Assembly (NCBI GenBank): GCA_030141605.1
Contig: JAQGDQ010001126.1
Span: 1 to 60,764, forward strand
DNA from: Tubiluchus corallicola
Lineage: Eukaryota > Animalia > Priapulida
DNA length: 60,764 nucleotides
Reading direction: 5' to 3'
The translations under genes and the position numbers were made by a program. The notes under the pieces were generated by a model, which was not told where the DNA came from, did no database searches, and saw only the letters and a list, made by a program, of their open reading frames with translations. Positions 1-13,053 of this stretch are shown here, one piece after another. The stretch's first letter is position 1. Each line of letters opens with the position of its first letter.

Positions 1-332
1 CTCAAGAAACTATTTTAGAAGTTATTAAAATTTATATTACAAACCATATATTTCTACTTTCAGGACAGATAGTGGTAATTTCATTACAATGCATATTAGT
101 AATGTGTATCACACAGTCTGTGTAGTACAGTGACATTAAGCTACAACCGTCTTGTGAGGGTTAATGGCATCCGATCTAGTAGAAAAAACTACCCGCACTA
201 TCTTTGGGATCGTGGCACGGACTTCAGCTGGATACACTCAATTAATCGCCCGGGCCGCACTTTCATTAGATTGACAAATCTCTTCATGGGCCGCACAAAT
301 TCTCTCGGCGGGCCGCAATTTGCACACTCCTG
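1..332 (+). mobile_element. hAT (Buster/Charlie-like) MITE family A, cut by window start
   Basis: Same internal sequence as 48064-48523; ends in TIR ...GCAATTTGCACACTCCTG. Confidence 0.85.
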
Positions 333-620
333 CAATAGTAGAGTAAACGTGCAGAGGTATGAAACTGAGAAAAGGCACATTAATAAACTTGATGATCAAC
401 CTGGTTTGGCTGCCTCTGACAATTCACGTCATTCGCATTTAGCTTTAAGTAGCTTTGCTAAATTTATTTGGCCCTAGAAGTGTGAAGCGTGCCAACTTAA
501 CTAACTACTCATTGTGAATAATATTATAAAAAAAATTATAATTCTTTAAAAATTAAATTATATCACAGTACAGTAAGAAATGTTGTGAATCAACAACGAC
601 ATTTACTGCAGATTTTTTAC

Positions 621-2311
621 GAGCATCACATGGTGCATGTCTGTGTGCATGTGTAGTGGAAAATGTGTGGTTATTCTTCATGTAGAACTGTCTCAGATCA
701 AAGTCAAAGTCACAAGACTTTGTGGTGTTATTCACATTGTGGCCGCTAGATGGCTCTGAGCATCACATGGTGCATGTCTGTGTGTATGTGTAGTGGAAAA
801 TGTGTGGTTATTCTTCATGTTGAACTTTCTCAAATCAAAGTCAAAGTCCCATAAGAACCTATTTGTGGTGCTATTCACATTATGGCCGCTAGATGGCTCT
901 GAGCATCATATGGTGCATGTCTGTGTGTGTGTAGTGGAAAATGTGTGGTTATTCTTCACGTTGAACTTTCTCAAATCAAAGTCAAAGTCCCACAAGAACC
1001 TATTTGTGGTGTTACTCACATTACGGCCGCTAGATGGCTCTGAGCATCATATGGTGCATGTCTGTGTGTGTGTAGTGGAAAATGTGTGGTTATTCTTCAT
1101 GTTGAACTTTCTCAAATCAAAGTCAAAGTCCCACAAGAACCTATTTGTGGTGTTACTCACATTACGGCCGCTAGATGGCTCTGAGCATCATATGGTGCAT
1201 GTCTGTGTGTGTGTAGTGGAAAATGTGTGGTTATTCTTCATGTTGAACTTTCTCAAATCAAAGTCAAAGTCCCACAAGAACCTATTTGTGGTGTTACTCA
1301 CATTACGGCCGCTAGATGGCTCTGAGCATCATATGGTGCATGTCTGTGTGTGTGTAGTGGAAAATGTGTGGTTATTCTTCATGTTGAACTTTCTCAAATC
1401 AAAGTCAAAGTCCCACAAGAACCTATTTGTGGTGTTACTCACATTACGGCCGCTAGATGGCTCTGAGCATCATATGGTGCATGTCTGTGTGTGTGTAGTG
1501 GAAAATGTGTGGTTATTCTTCATGTTGAACTTTCAAATCAAAGTCAAAGTCCCACAAGAACCTATTTGTGGTGTTACTCACATTACGGCCGCTAGATGGC
1601 TCTGAGCATCATATGGTGCATGTCTGTGTGTGTGTAGTGGAAAATGTGTGGTTATTCTTCATGTTGAACTTTCTCAAATCAAAGTCAAAGTCCCACAAGA
1701 ACCTATTTGTGGTGTTACTCACATTACGGCCGCTAGATGGCTCTGAGCATCATATGGTGCATGTCTGTGTGTGTGTAGTGGAAAATGTGTGGTTATTCTT
1801 CATGTTGAACTTTCTCAAATCAAAGTCAAAGTCCCACAAGAACCTATTTGTGGTGTTACTCACATTACGGCCGCTAGATGGCTCTGAGCATCATATGGTG
1901 CATGTCTGTGTGTGTGTAGTGGAAAATGTGTGGTTATTCTTCATGTTGAACTTTCTCAAATCAAAGTCAAAGTCCCACAAGAACCTATTTGTGGTGTTAC
2001 TCACATTACGGCCGCTAGATGGCCCTGAGCATCATATGGTGCATGTCTGTGTGTGTGTAGTGGAAAATGTGTGGTTATTCTTCATGTAGAAACTGTCTCA
2101 AATCAAAGTCAAAGTCCCACAAGAACCTATTTGTGGTGCTATTCACATTACGGCCGCTAGATGGCTCTGAGCATCATATGGTGCATGTCTGTGTGTGTGT
2201 AGTGGAAAATGTGTGGTTATTCTTCATGTAGAAACTGTCTCAGATCAAAGTCAACGTCCCACAAGAACCTATTTGTGGTGTTACTCACATTGTGGCCGCT
2301 AGATGGCTCTG
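621..2311 (+). repeat. 141-bp minisatellite, ~12 copies
   Basis: Unit GAGCATCATATGGTGCATG...CGGCCGCTAGATGGCTCT; central units near identical; source of the 47-aa repeat ORFs. Confidence 0.97.
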
Positions 2312-2771
2312 ATCTAACCTGATACTATTGACAGTCAAGTATCATTTTTTAAAAATTCATAAAACTTTAAGATGCCATTTGTGACAGTTGTGGTGTTTCA
2401 AGATTACGGTGCGGGGGTGGGGGTGGTGGTGGAGTAATGCTAAAAATTTGGTTTTTAATGAAAAAGGTGGGAAATATGCAAAGTATGTAATACACCATGT
2501 TAAAGCTTTTCAAGAGGCAAATACAACTGTTATAATAAAGAACTATAGCAATTGTAAATTTTACCTTTGATGAATAATATGGAAATATTATCATGCCTTT
2601 GTGCGATTGTTACTTATTCCCGCTCCATTTCCGATTCATTATAAAACAGTTTTTCTTTACTTTGCGTTGCCGCAAACATTAACAGCTAAAGAAAAATTAT
2701 CACTGTAAAACCACCACAAATTTGTTGTTTTGTCTGTGATAAAGTTTTCACCAACAATAGTACTTTTATGA

Positions 2772-3051
2772 CACCCGCCGCTAAACGGGCTATCTATCCA
2801 TGGCTAGCACCGCCCATGGCCCGTTCCAGTTTTTCAGATCTCAGACGTATAACTTTTGCGAAAAACAGCCGAAAAATGGCCATTTTTGGAGGTTTTTGCC
2901 CCCCCCCCCATTCGTCCCGGTGGAGCCGATTCGAAAAATAAACCCCCAATGGCACGACACTAGATCGAGACCTTTCATTTGATGCATAGATCACCGCAAA
3001 TCGGAGCTGTAGCAGTAGAATTAATATATACCAGTAGAATTAATATATAGA
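2772..3051 (-). mobile_element. Helitron family 5' fragment
   Basis: 5' TCTATATATTAATTCTACTGG; shares GATCGAGACCTTT and CGAAAAATAAACCCCAATGGC blocks with 11345-11513 and 54053-54550. Confidence 0.7.
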
Positions 3052-3717
3052 CAAAGCTTCGATTGGTTTTACGTTTGTATCAATGATCAGCTACATTTTT
3101 ATACATTTCTGTAAAGCAAAAGTATTTTAAGATGAGTCAGGCCATTTGCTGGGCATTGGTGGGTAAAGACAAAAGCATTCCAGCTAAATGGAGTCAAGCA
3201 GACAGAATTATGTTGTGCAACTGTAATGCCTGTAATAAACTGCTGACAAGTAGGCTTACCTCTACCTCAAAAGCTGTCTTCTAATACGTTACAGCAAAAG
3301 GTAATTGTGCGTAATATAGCTGAACATTCGAACATTGTTCTACACTACATGCACTTGCCGGCAGCTGTTAAAAAAGTGTTTTGCTAAATATCCTTGGAGA
3401 TCTTTCATTACAGAGAGAAGGGCAGCCAGCGCATATACTCAAAATATTTAAAAATATTCTGTTGCCGTTACGTAAGGAGAGTATTTTTATCTTGTTAAGT
3501 ATTAAAAATGGTTTGGCATCTGCTGGGGCAGGTGAGTTTATTAATTATTAATAATCACAGTTCCAAATTTTGGGCAGGCAAGCACTCCGTTACCCTGAGC
3601 GATCCTCATCCTGCTTGGGCGATTTGATTAAGAAGTTAAATGATGTGATATCAAAAAAACAATGGCCATTAAATATGCTTGTAATTATTAACCTGCCTAA
3701 AGCACATTGATGTGCAT

Positions 3718-4410
3718 TAAATCCTTACTTAACGAGACTAGCACGTTCCAGCAAAACGCGACATTGTGTGAAACGTCGTTAAATGAAACCAAGACTAATA
3801 TAGAAAGCAATGTAAAAGAATTGAAATAAATTCCGGGGACAAAAATCAATGATACTTAATTCATACGAACTAAACGTTTCATGAATTTCATTCGTATGTC
3901 TACTGAATAATTTCTTTCTTGAAACTACCTATTTTTCTTACCACTAACTGGGCTAGTGTTAAAGTCGAAGCCCTAGCTACGTGGTTAGCAGTTGACCGCT
4001 GCACAGTAGCAGCCAAGTCCCAGACAGGCCTTGAGACAACTTTGCCTTGATACTGGTTACCATAGTAACAGGTCGCAAGAAAATTCTTTGCATAAAGTTT
4101 GCACCACGTGCCAACAAATAGATCTCATTTTATGAAAGAGGTTAGCAGTCTGTCGGGAAGTGATAAATAACAATTGTATTGTTTACATTGCTAGTGTGTT
4201 TGTAGAACAGAATAATGCAATTTCTACTGTTTTAATGGTTCAAATTAGGTAAAATGTTCTTGATAAAATAAAAAAATGGCTTCGAGCAAATTAAAAAGTC
4301 GTCGTTAAAATGAAGCATGCGTCGTTAAGCGAGAAAAAGATGTGAGATATTTAGCGTCGTTTAAACAAAACGTCGCTAAACGGGGAGTCGTTAAGCGCGG
4401 ACGTACCGTA
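3718..4410. mobile_element. Tigger-like MITE family E
   Basis: Subterminal CGTCGTTAA repeats; diverged reverse-orientation copy at ~24297-24985. Confidence 0.65.
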
Positions 4411-4430
4411 TACATGAATTCAAAAATTCA

Positions 4431-4659
4431 TTACTGATCAGAAGCAAAAACTTGGAAATATAACAACGCAAAAATAAGAGAAGCTAGGATGATTCCTGCA
4501 CATAAATGCACTTTCCATGAGCTCAGGACACTGTGACCTTTGACTCCTCGTCTCTTCCATGGCCTTTCATCCCCACTAATTCTCTCAGCTATAAGTAATC
4601 CACTATGACAGGCATTTTCCAGCAAGGGAATACCCGGGAGTGTGTAAGCACCACAAAAC
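4431..4659 (-). CDS. oxidoreductase coding exon 13 (last)
   Basis: FCGAYTLPGIPLLENACHSGLLIAERISGDERPW...VHLCAGIILASLIFALLYFQVFASDQ-stop; within ORF 4431..4748; hydrophobic C-terminal helix. Confidence 0.9.
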
Positions 4660-7600
4660 CTGTCAAACAAACGATTTGCGATAAATTTTAGAAAGGAGAA
4701 TTCATTAAATAAATATATATACAAAGCAGTAGTTTTCAATAAATACAATACTTCTTAATATCTTACACCTACTGCAGCAGTCATACCACAATCCTGGTAC
4801 AGATTATACAAAACAAGGCATCATTGATAAAACGTTATAGCTGATGTACAGATCTCACAATATACTGTTTTTCTTCCTACTATTTCCACTAACTCATCAT
4901 TCTTCCTCTCCTGTGTGATCTAACCTTTCTCCCTGTTCTTTGTTCACTCATCCATTCCTTTTTATCTGGTTCACATGGCAGTGGGCTTATACAAGCCTTT
5001 GCTTCTCTAGCCCACTGCAGTACAATTATTCTTCTGTGATAGCGAAAGCGTATGAAACATAATTTATAATAGTAACAATTTTGATGTCACCATGTACTGA
5101 ATGTGAGAATAATAAAAACTTCAAGCTTCTCCAAACTTCCTTTGCATTTTTAAATGTCCTAATGTTATGATGTAAAGCTATTTATTTAAGCCGGATTTCG
5201 AAAATCTGCATTTTTGTGGTGAATTTCAACCTGACAAAGTAACATGGCTGCGCTGTCTACTGCAGAAGGTCGGAATTCTTACCTTTACAGCACACAAGAC
5301 AATCAACATCATCAACACCTTTCCGATTGGGAACCAAATATTAGCACAGGTGGGTAATAAACGAGCAATCTCTGATCAAATGACTTGAAAACATGTCACA
5401 TGATCATGTGACACCTGTCTGCACCCAATGCCGCAGTTGGTAAATGAGCAATGATTAAGGTTTAAACACTATTCCATTTCTAGACACAGCATCCATTTAA
5501 AAACTCAGACAGTATGGGATCGTGTTATCTCTTCATTTTCAAATTCTAGTTGGAAATTAGTACTGCACTGAGTAAGCATTTAACTCATTAGTGCTATTAA
5601 TGAAATTTGCCTCTTAAGGCTATTGTAACATATAGTCATAGATGTAGAATTTTGTACTAAAAGGTTACCCATATTACTTGTGGATAATTATGGTAATAAA
5701 CACATCATTTATGCATATCTGACAGCTATAATATAGGCTGTGAAAAATAAAGAAAACAAGTCTGTTAGTACCCAAAACTCTAAGCTGGTTTATGACTGTA
5801 CATGTACAATAAAAAAATACAGTAATGTACAATACACTTACATATTTCTGCATAAATTAAGATTATAGAAAAAAGATTATGAAGTTTAGTTACCAAATGT
5901 TATCTTCTCCCTGTAGTAATGAAAGCTCTTTTAAATTTTTCTCAGAGTTAATTGTGAGTAGAGGACGTTCAAAGCATGCTCTGCCACCAGGCTACAATAA
6001 GCACAAGAAAGATTAAATTGGTGCATAGTTTTATGGGTCATCAGGTTAAAGCTAATTGAACCAGATTAGGTTAGGCTAAGACATGCAGATGAGCTAGAGT
6101 GAAATGGGTTGGGTTAAGTAAAGTTAGATACAGGCAAAGCTAGGTAAAGCAAAGCAAATGTATGATCAGTCCAGGTTAGTTTAGACAATTACGATTGACC
6201 AGGGAGTGTTAGTTTGACACGGATAGAGTCAAATACATTTGACCAGGGAGTGGTAGTTTGACTCAGATAAAGTCAATTACATTTAACCAAGGAGTGGTAG
6301 TTTGACACGGATAGAGTCAAATACATTTGACCAGGGAGAGGCAGTTTGACTCAGATAAAGTCAATTACATTTGACCAAGGAGTGGTAGTTTGACACGGAT
6401 AGAGTCAATTACATTTGACCAAGGAGTGGTAGTTTGACTCAGATAAAGTCAATTACATTTGACCAAGGAGTGGTAGTTTGACACGGATAAAGTCAATTAC
6501 ATTTGACCAAGAAGTGGTAGTTTGACACGGATAAAGTCAATTACATTTGACCAGGGAGCGGTAGTTTGAGACGGATAAAGTCAATTACAATTGACCAGGG
6601 AGCAGCAGTTTGACACGGATAAAGTCAATTACATTTGACCAGGGAGCAGCAGTTTGACTCGGATAAAGTCAATTACATTTGACCAGGGAGTGGTAGTTTG
6701 ACACGGATAAAGTCAATTACAATTGACCAGGACGTGGTAGTTTGACACGGATAAAGTCAATTACAATTGACCAGGGAGAGTAGTTTGAGACGGATAAAGT
6801 CAATTACATTTGACCAGGGAGTGGTAGTTTGACACGGATAAAGTCAATTACAATTGACCAGGGAGTGGTAGTTTGACACGGATAAAGTCAATTACATTTG
6901 ACCAGGGAGTGGTAGTTTGACACGGATAAAGTCAATTACATTTGACCAGGGAGTGGTAGTTTGACACGGATAAAGTCAATTACATTTGACCAGGGAGTGG
7001 TAGTTTGACACGGATAAAGTCAATTACATTTGACCAGGGAGTGGTAGTTTGACACGGATAAAGTCAATTACATTTGACCAGGGAGTGGTAGTTTGACACG
7101 GATAAAGTCAATTACATTTGACCAGAGAGTGGTAGTTTGACTCAGATAAAGTCAATTACATTTGACCAGGGAGCGGTAGTTTGAGACGGATAAAGATACA
7201 GTAATTTAAAATTTTTACTTAGAAAAATAACATGTGTGCTACGAATGCTCTAATTATTTTTTCAAACTTTACTCAGTGTTATCTAAACTGGTTTCAAACG
7301 AGTTTAAATATACATGTTTTATACAGCGTTACTGCCGATGCAAGCCCTGCATGCAAAAAGGTAGTATGTAAGTGGTATAAAATTTCAATATGAATTTTTT
7401 AAGCTTTATGTAAGTGGAGGGTTTTCTTGTGCTTTAAGTGATTAATCACATACAAAGCAACTAATAACTATATACAGCATCTCTGCTAAATGTAAAAATA
7501 AAATTTGCTACGCCAAAAGTATCAACTTCTTACCAAGATCTTTGATTCATCTGGTTCTATGCAAGGATTCCATGTCTGAAAGATATTTATTTGACCTTCA

Positions 7601-10600
7601 TGGTAACCATTGCACTTTCCTAAAATTTATACAAAGTATACTAAGAAAACTGTCATCAAAATTACTCTGGCAAATTAGATTACAATGATAAACCACAAAC
7701 TGAAAGAAGTAGAAATGAAATAACTATTATTATAAGTGGCGATGTACGATATTATTAAGAGAAGTATATAATTTGAGTCTATATTCATCATTACAAATTT
7801 TGTAAAATAAAATTTCTTGTTCAAGTTCATTTGCTCAGAACTCTTATATTATATTACTTTTAAATTAAAAACAAGTATGGTTCACTGTTTGATGGAATTT
7901 TAAAATTTCATTGTTTGCTGATATGCATACGGAATTGGATTATAGGAAATACGGACGGTGTTTTTAAAGCTATCGGGAATACAGATTATTATTATTCTTG
8001 CTGTTGTTATTATTATAATTAAGGGAAACAAGAACTATCATAAAAATACTCCCAGACTACAGGATCATCTGTCGGGACTAAAGATGCGCACAGGGATTCC
8101 GTAGTAACTAACCAGAGTCATCATCATCAATGAATCACACGTCCAGGCACATGATTCTGCTCACCTCCCTATGCCAGGACTCCCTGCTCGCCGCAATGCC
8201 CCAAGTGGATTTATTTCTAAGGATCAATGCTGAAGTGTTTAAATCTTTCTGTGCAAAATCTAAATATGTTAACATTTGTCCTCCTGCAGGTTTTTTAGCT
8301 GGTTCTATGGCTTGTTGAAGAGCTATCTTCACTGGAATATCATCAGGTAGTCTAAGCATATGCCCAATCCATCTTAAACGGCGTCTTTTTATTTTTCTTG
8401 TCCACGGTTCTTCTTTTACTTTTTTCATATAGATCTTTGTTTGAAATTATTATTATAAGTGGTGATGTATGCCCACATGAACCATTTTAAGAAGTTCCTT
8501 ATATTTGGTTGACTTGAAGATACAAACCAGTCGGAATTGAACTTGTTCAGTGAGTAAAAGACAATAGTCAAACTGTTTAACCCTTATACGGTCACCGGGG
8601 GGTAAAAAATTACCTCCAGACCGGTATTTTGCATTTTACCCTTTTACCATACGCATCCCAGTAAACCTTTTCTATCTTTTTCTAAATATGTTTTGTGCAC
8701 AAAATACTTTCAGTTATTTATTCCAGGCGCATTGTCTCACTAAGAAATAAAAGTGAAAATGCAATATGTTGATTTTTTAAAATTGTCGAAACTTTACTTC
8801 GCTTGTCTATACATTATACATTATTATTGTCTATACATTAATTACACCACCTAAACGAAGAAAGTAGTAGACAATAAATTCAAAATAACAATGATTTTTG
8901 CATACGCGCTAGCAATGTCGGTTGTCTACAGTTATTCCAGCATAGATAAGGGAACGTAACTAAGTGAATTTAAATTTCGTATTACTAGTAAGTCACACGT
9001 CTTTAAGCAGAGGTATAATGTATCCTATGGTGGTCAGCATAACCGCAAATTATGCTGTTGCTGTTTACTAATGAAACACGGCGGTTTATCAAAAGTAATT
9101 TACGAATTATGGTGGTCTTCCCCCCCTCAAGTAATCCGTTCTCAAGTACCAAATGAACTGTAAAGTATTATTAAAAAGAAATATAATAATGCAAAAATAT
9201 TTATCCAAACAGCAGATATGATATATTGATAAGAAAAACATAATAGGATTACTTTGAAAGAACAACATAATTGTTCTTGCATGAAAAAGCGGAGAAAAAT
9301 AAGCGTAGAAAGCACTTAGCGATGTTAGGCGATTCAAATCTTGTGTGTGACTACTCTCGGGCGTGGTCGGTTACGCTCGGCTCTACTCGGTTCGCCGCGC
9401 ATGCATTCGTCACGTGTTTGGCGGTTGGTCGAGTACCGAAATTCTGGTCGAGAGCGGAGACAATTTCAGCTCGAATTATCTGGTTGAAAACCAATTTGTA
9501 CAAGTACTGAGACGTTCGACAGCGGAGGTATGACTGTAATTGATTGGAGGCCACATATTGAGACTGCATGAGACATGGAAGCATCAAAATTTTATTATAA
9601 GAATGGTTCTTTTCAAGAACTTTTTGAAACTATAAATAGTTTTGTGTATTTTTACTTGGGCACTTATTTTATTCCAGTTGTTGGGGGCTGTGAAATTAAT
9701 AAAGCGCCTGGATTAGATGCACCTTACCAATTTGATATTTGTCCTATCTTGTTTTAGATTACTTGTTCTGGAATTGGATTTGGAAAAAAGCTAAATCTGT
9801 TATTTTGAAATGGTTTGCTGATGTTGTAAACAAAAAAATGTAATTTATAATGTCTGCCAGTAGTTACATTTTAAATTCACAATTCACGTTGATTGTCTTG
9901 CACTGTAACTCATAAATCTAAAATATGAAATTTTAAAATTATGCCATAACATTATTAGCATCTTGTTTGACTTTAATAAACCAAACAAACAACATTAAAC
10001 TGTACCTTCCTGATGAAGTAAACGGTTCTTTGTAAAATCCATACTACGGATTTTGTTCTCCCATATTGTGCACATGATTTCCCCTTTACCATCATGGCAG
10101 CTTAGCGCACTGCTGATAGAAACAAACACAATTCAATTCACTTGAAGTATAGGCATGTCATATCCTAAACTCGTTCAGTTTTTTTTAGTTTAGTTTATTA
10201 TTATCAATTTATTATTTTTATATTAGTTTATATATTATATTATATTATATTATATTATATTATATTATATTATATTATATTATATTATATTATATTATAT
10301 TATATTATATTATATTATATTATATTATATTATATTATATTATATTATATTATATTATATTATATTATATTATATTATATTATATTATATTATATTATAT
10401 TATATTATATTATATTATATTATATTATATTATATTATATTATATTATTTATTGTATTGTATTGTATTGTATTGTAATTGTACTGTACTGTACTGTACTG
10501 TACTGTACTGTACTGTACTGTACTGTACTGTACTGTACTGTACTATACTATACTATACTATACTATACTATACTATACTATACTATACTATACTATACTA

Positions 10601-10645
10601 TACTATACTATACTATACTATACTATACTATACTATACTATACTA

Positions 10646-10692
<47 letters not shown>

Positions 10693-12931
10693 AATATAGT
10701 TTATATATTACATTAGTTTATTATTATTATATTCATTATGATATATTTCAAATTTTTTGTATGCATTTTTACATAAAACCTTTGTAAAAAAACTACTATA
10801 GTATTACTAGTAATCTACAATTAATTAAAATAAGTTCATGTAGAGAAAATTTCTTTCAACTGAAATCATAATTTGTTTTTTGCTTCGTAATTATCCTTAA
10901 AGAAGCAATTTTAGCAAATCTAAATCACTTTATTTAACTAAGTTACATGTCAATTTGTTATAAAATCATGAATACCTTTCGGTGTCCTCACTCTGGCCTT
11001 TTGGTTGCCTCGTCTTTGTCGACTTTGAAAAAACATTTAGAGCCGCCCAGTTTGTTTTCTTGCAGGGCATCAGACGCTAAAAAAAGAATCGAATTTTCTC
11101 GGCAATAAGGCACAGCTGAGCTAGCAGCAATAACATTAGCCAAATCAGAACTTTCTAAACTAAAATATAGTAAAGGGAGTTTAGTATAGTAAAATATAGT
11201 TTCTAAAAAAACTTTGTTTAAACACTTACATGATTTTTAGAACCTACAGTCATGTTTTCTACGGCAACCAGACCTGGATACTCGATAACGACAATGTTAA
11301 GGCAATAATTACGATGCGGAGTATTGTACCTTCCTGGTGCACCTTCCCGGTGGACCCGATTCGAAAAATAAACCCCCAATGGCATGACACTAGATCGAGA
11401 CCTTTTGTTTGATGTATAGATCGCCGCAAATGGTGCCGTCGTCGAAGCTGTAGCCTCGAATCTTATATATATATATATATGTATATAACATACCAGTAGA
11501 ATTAATATATAGACTAGCAAAGGCCCCGCAAAAAACTTTGCGTATAAATACACTTATAATCAATAATACGCGAACATCCTACACAGTCCTCATTTACAAC
11601 ACAAAGCCAGTAGCAGCAGCAGCTTTTACTGAATTAAAGTTATAAGCAGAGTATAATGGATATCTTAATGTTTGATGTATAGATCGCCGCAAATAGTGCC
11701 GTCGTCGGAGCTGTAGCCTCGAATCTTATATATATATATATATATATATAACATACCAGCGAAATTAACATATACGATATAAGGTTCTACATCACCTGTA
11801 CGCAGAACATGCTACATAAATATACAAGTTAATAGGAAGACGTACCTCATCCATGTGCACGATGCATTCACTACGGACATGGCTAACATTCGTTAATATC
11901 TTCTGCAGTTTCTCTGATATGTTTGGCAATGCTTCTAATGCCTAAAATTGAACAGCTCATTATTAATCTAAGATTACAGCAGTAATAATCAAGCAGTGTT
12001 TAAATTCTGAACATTTCGGAAATCTTGGGCACTAATCAAGGGCGGATACAGGTTTCTGAACCCAATAAAAAAGCAGTTAGGGGGTCTGGGGGCGGTGTAA
12101 GCTCCCCAGCCGAGGTCCACCCAGACAACAATACATTTGACTGCATTTCAGACCACTTCCTGGATTCTAGAGGTCACTTCTTCAAGGAAGGGGCGGATAC
12201 AGGTTTCTGAACCCAATAAAAAAGCAGTTAGGGGGTCTGGGGGCGGTGTAAGCTCCCCAGCCGAGGTCCACCCGGACAACAAAACATTTTACTGCATTTT
12301 AGACCACTTTTCTGCCTTCTAGAAACCATCTCTAGGAAGCTCACTAGTTTAGAACAGGTGTCACCTCACTTTTGACTCAAAATTACATACCAATATACGC
12401 TATACAGCATACATGATGCACATAACTTTCATCTGTTTTCTTGTAATATATGATTTTTACAGATTCAAGGCACCTTTAGCATCTAGCAAATCTTTCTAAT
12501 GCTTATAATTCAGAGAAAATATTAATTTGGTGTTGTAGTAGTTACTGAGCAAGGGCGGGCCCGGGCCCCTTGGGCCCACCCCCTAAATCCGCCACTGCTC
12601 ATTACGAACGAACTTTGGACAAAAACAAACTTTGTTGATCACAAAACAAAACAAGCTTTGCCTTGCTGATTTATTTATATCTATTTACATTTTTACGTCA
12701 TTCTCATGCGATGCTAATTTTTCACTTTTTATCTTTTCTTCTCTCACTTTCATCTTACATTCTTCCTATCATTTCACTTTTCCTACTCCTTTTCTTCCCA
12801 TTAACCACCTTTTATTATTGCACCTATGCCTCACTTTCGATTTGCAATATTGGGCCTGACCTTTACAAGTTTTCCTTTTGGACAGCCCCATAATTTATTA
12901 ATTGACTTTATTATTTACATGCTTGTTTTCT

Positions 12932-12983
<52 letters not shown>

Positions 12984-12985
12984 CC

Positions 12986-13053
<68 letters not shown>

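Noticed and set aside
130-477. Recurrent LSYNRLVRVNGIRS ORFs (also 15374, 16037, 42451, 48343, 49833)
   Set aside because: Non-coding interior of hAT MITE family A; no transposase motifs.
793-2089. 270-aa and 173-aa ORFs made of a 47-aa repeat
   Set aside because: By-product of the 141-bp (3x47) minisatellite; frameshifted at ~1533; no recognisable domain or splice context.
3260-3364. Minus-strand segment with AG/GTAAG flanks (a similar one at ~5283-5414)
   Set aside because: The 3260-3364 segment has stops in all three frames, the other has no recognisable protein, and neither is needed for the oxidoreductase frame. At most UTR or non-coding exons.
621-7195. Regular repeats resembling CRISPR arrays (141-bp and 44-bp units)
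   Set aside because: Units are contiguous with no unique spacers, there are no cas genes, and the context is eukaryotic.
8577-9560. Possible piggyBac-like element starting TTAACCC
   Set aside because: No matching right-hand GGGTTAA terminus or transposase remnant could be identified.
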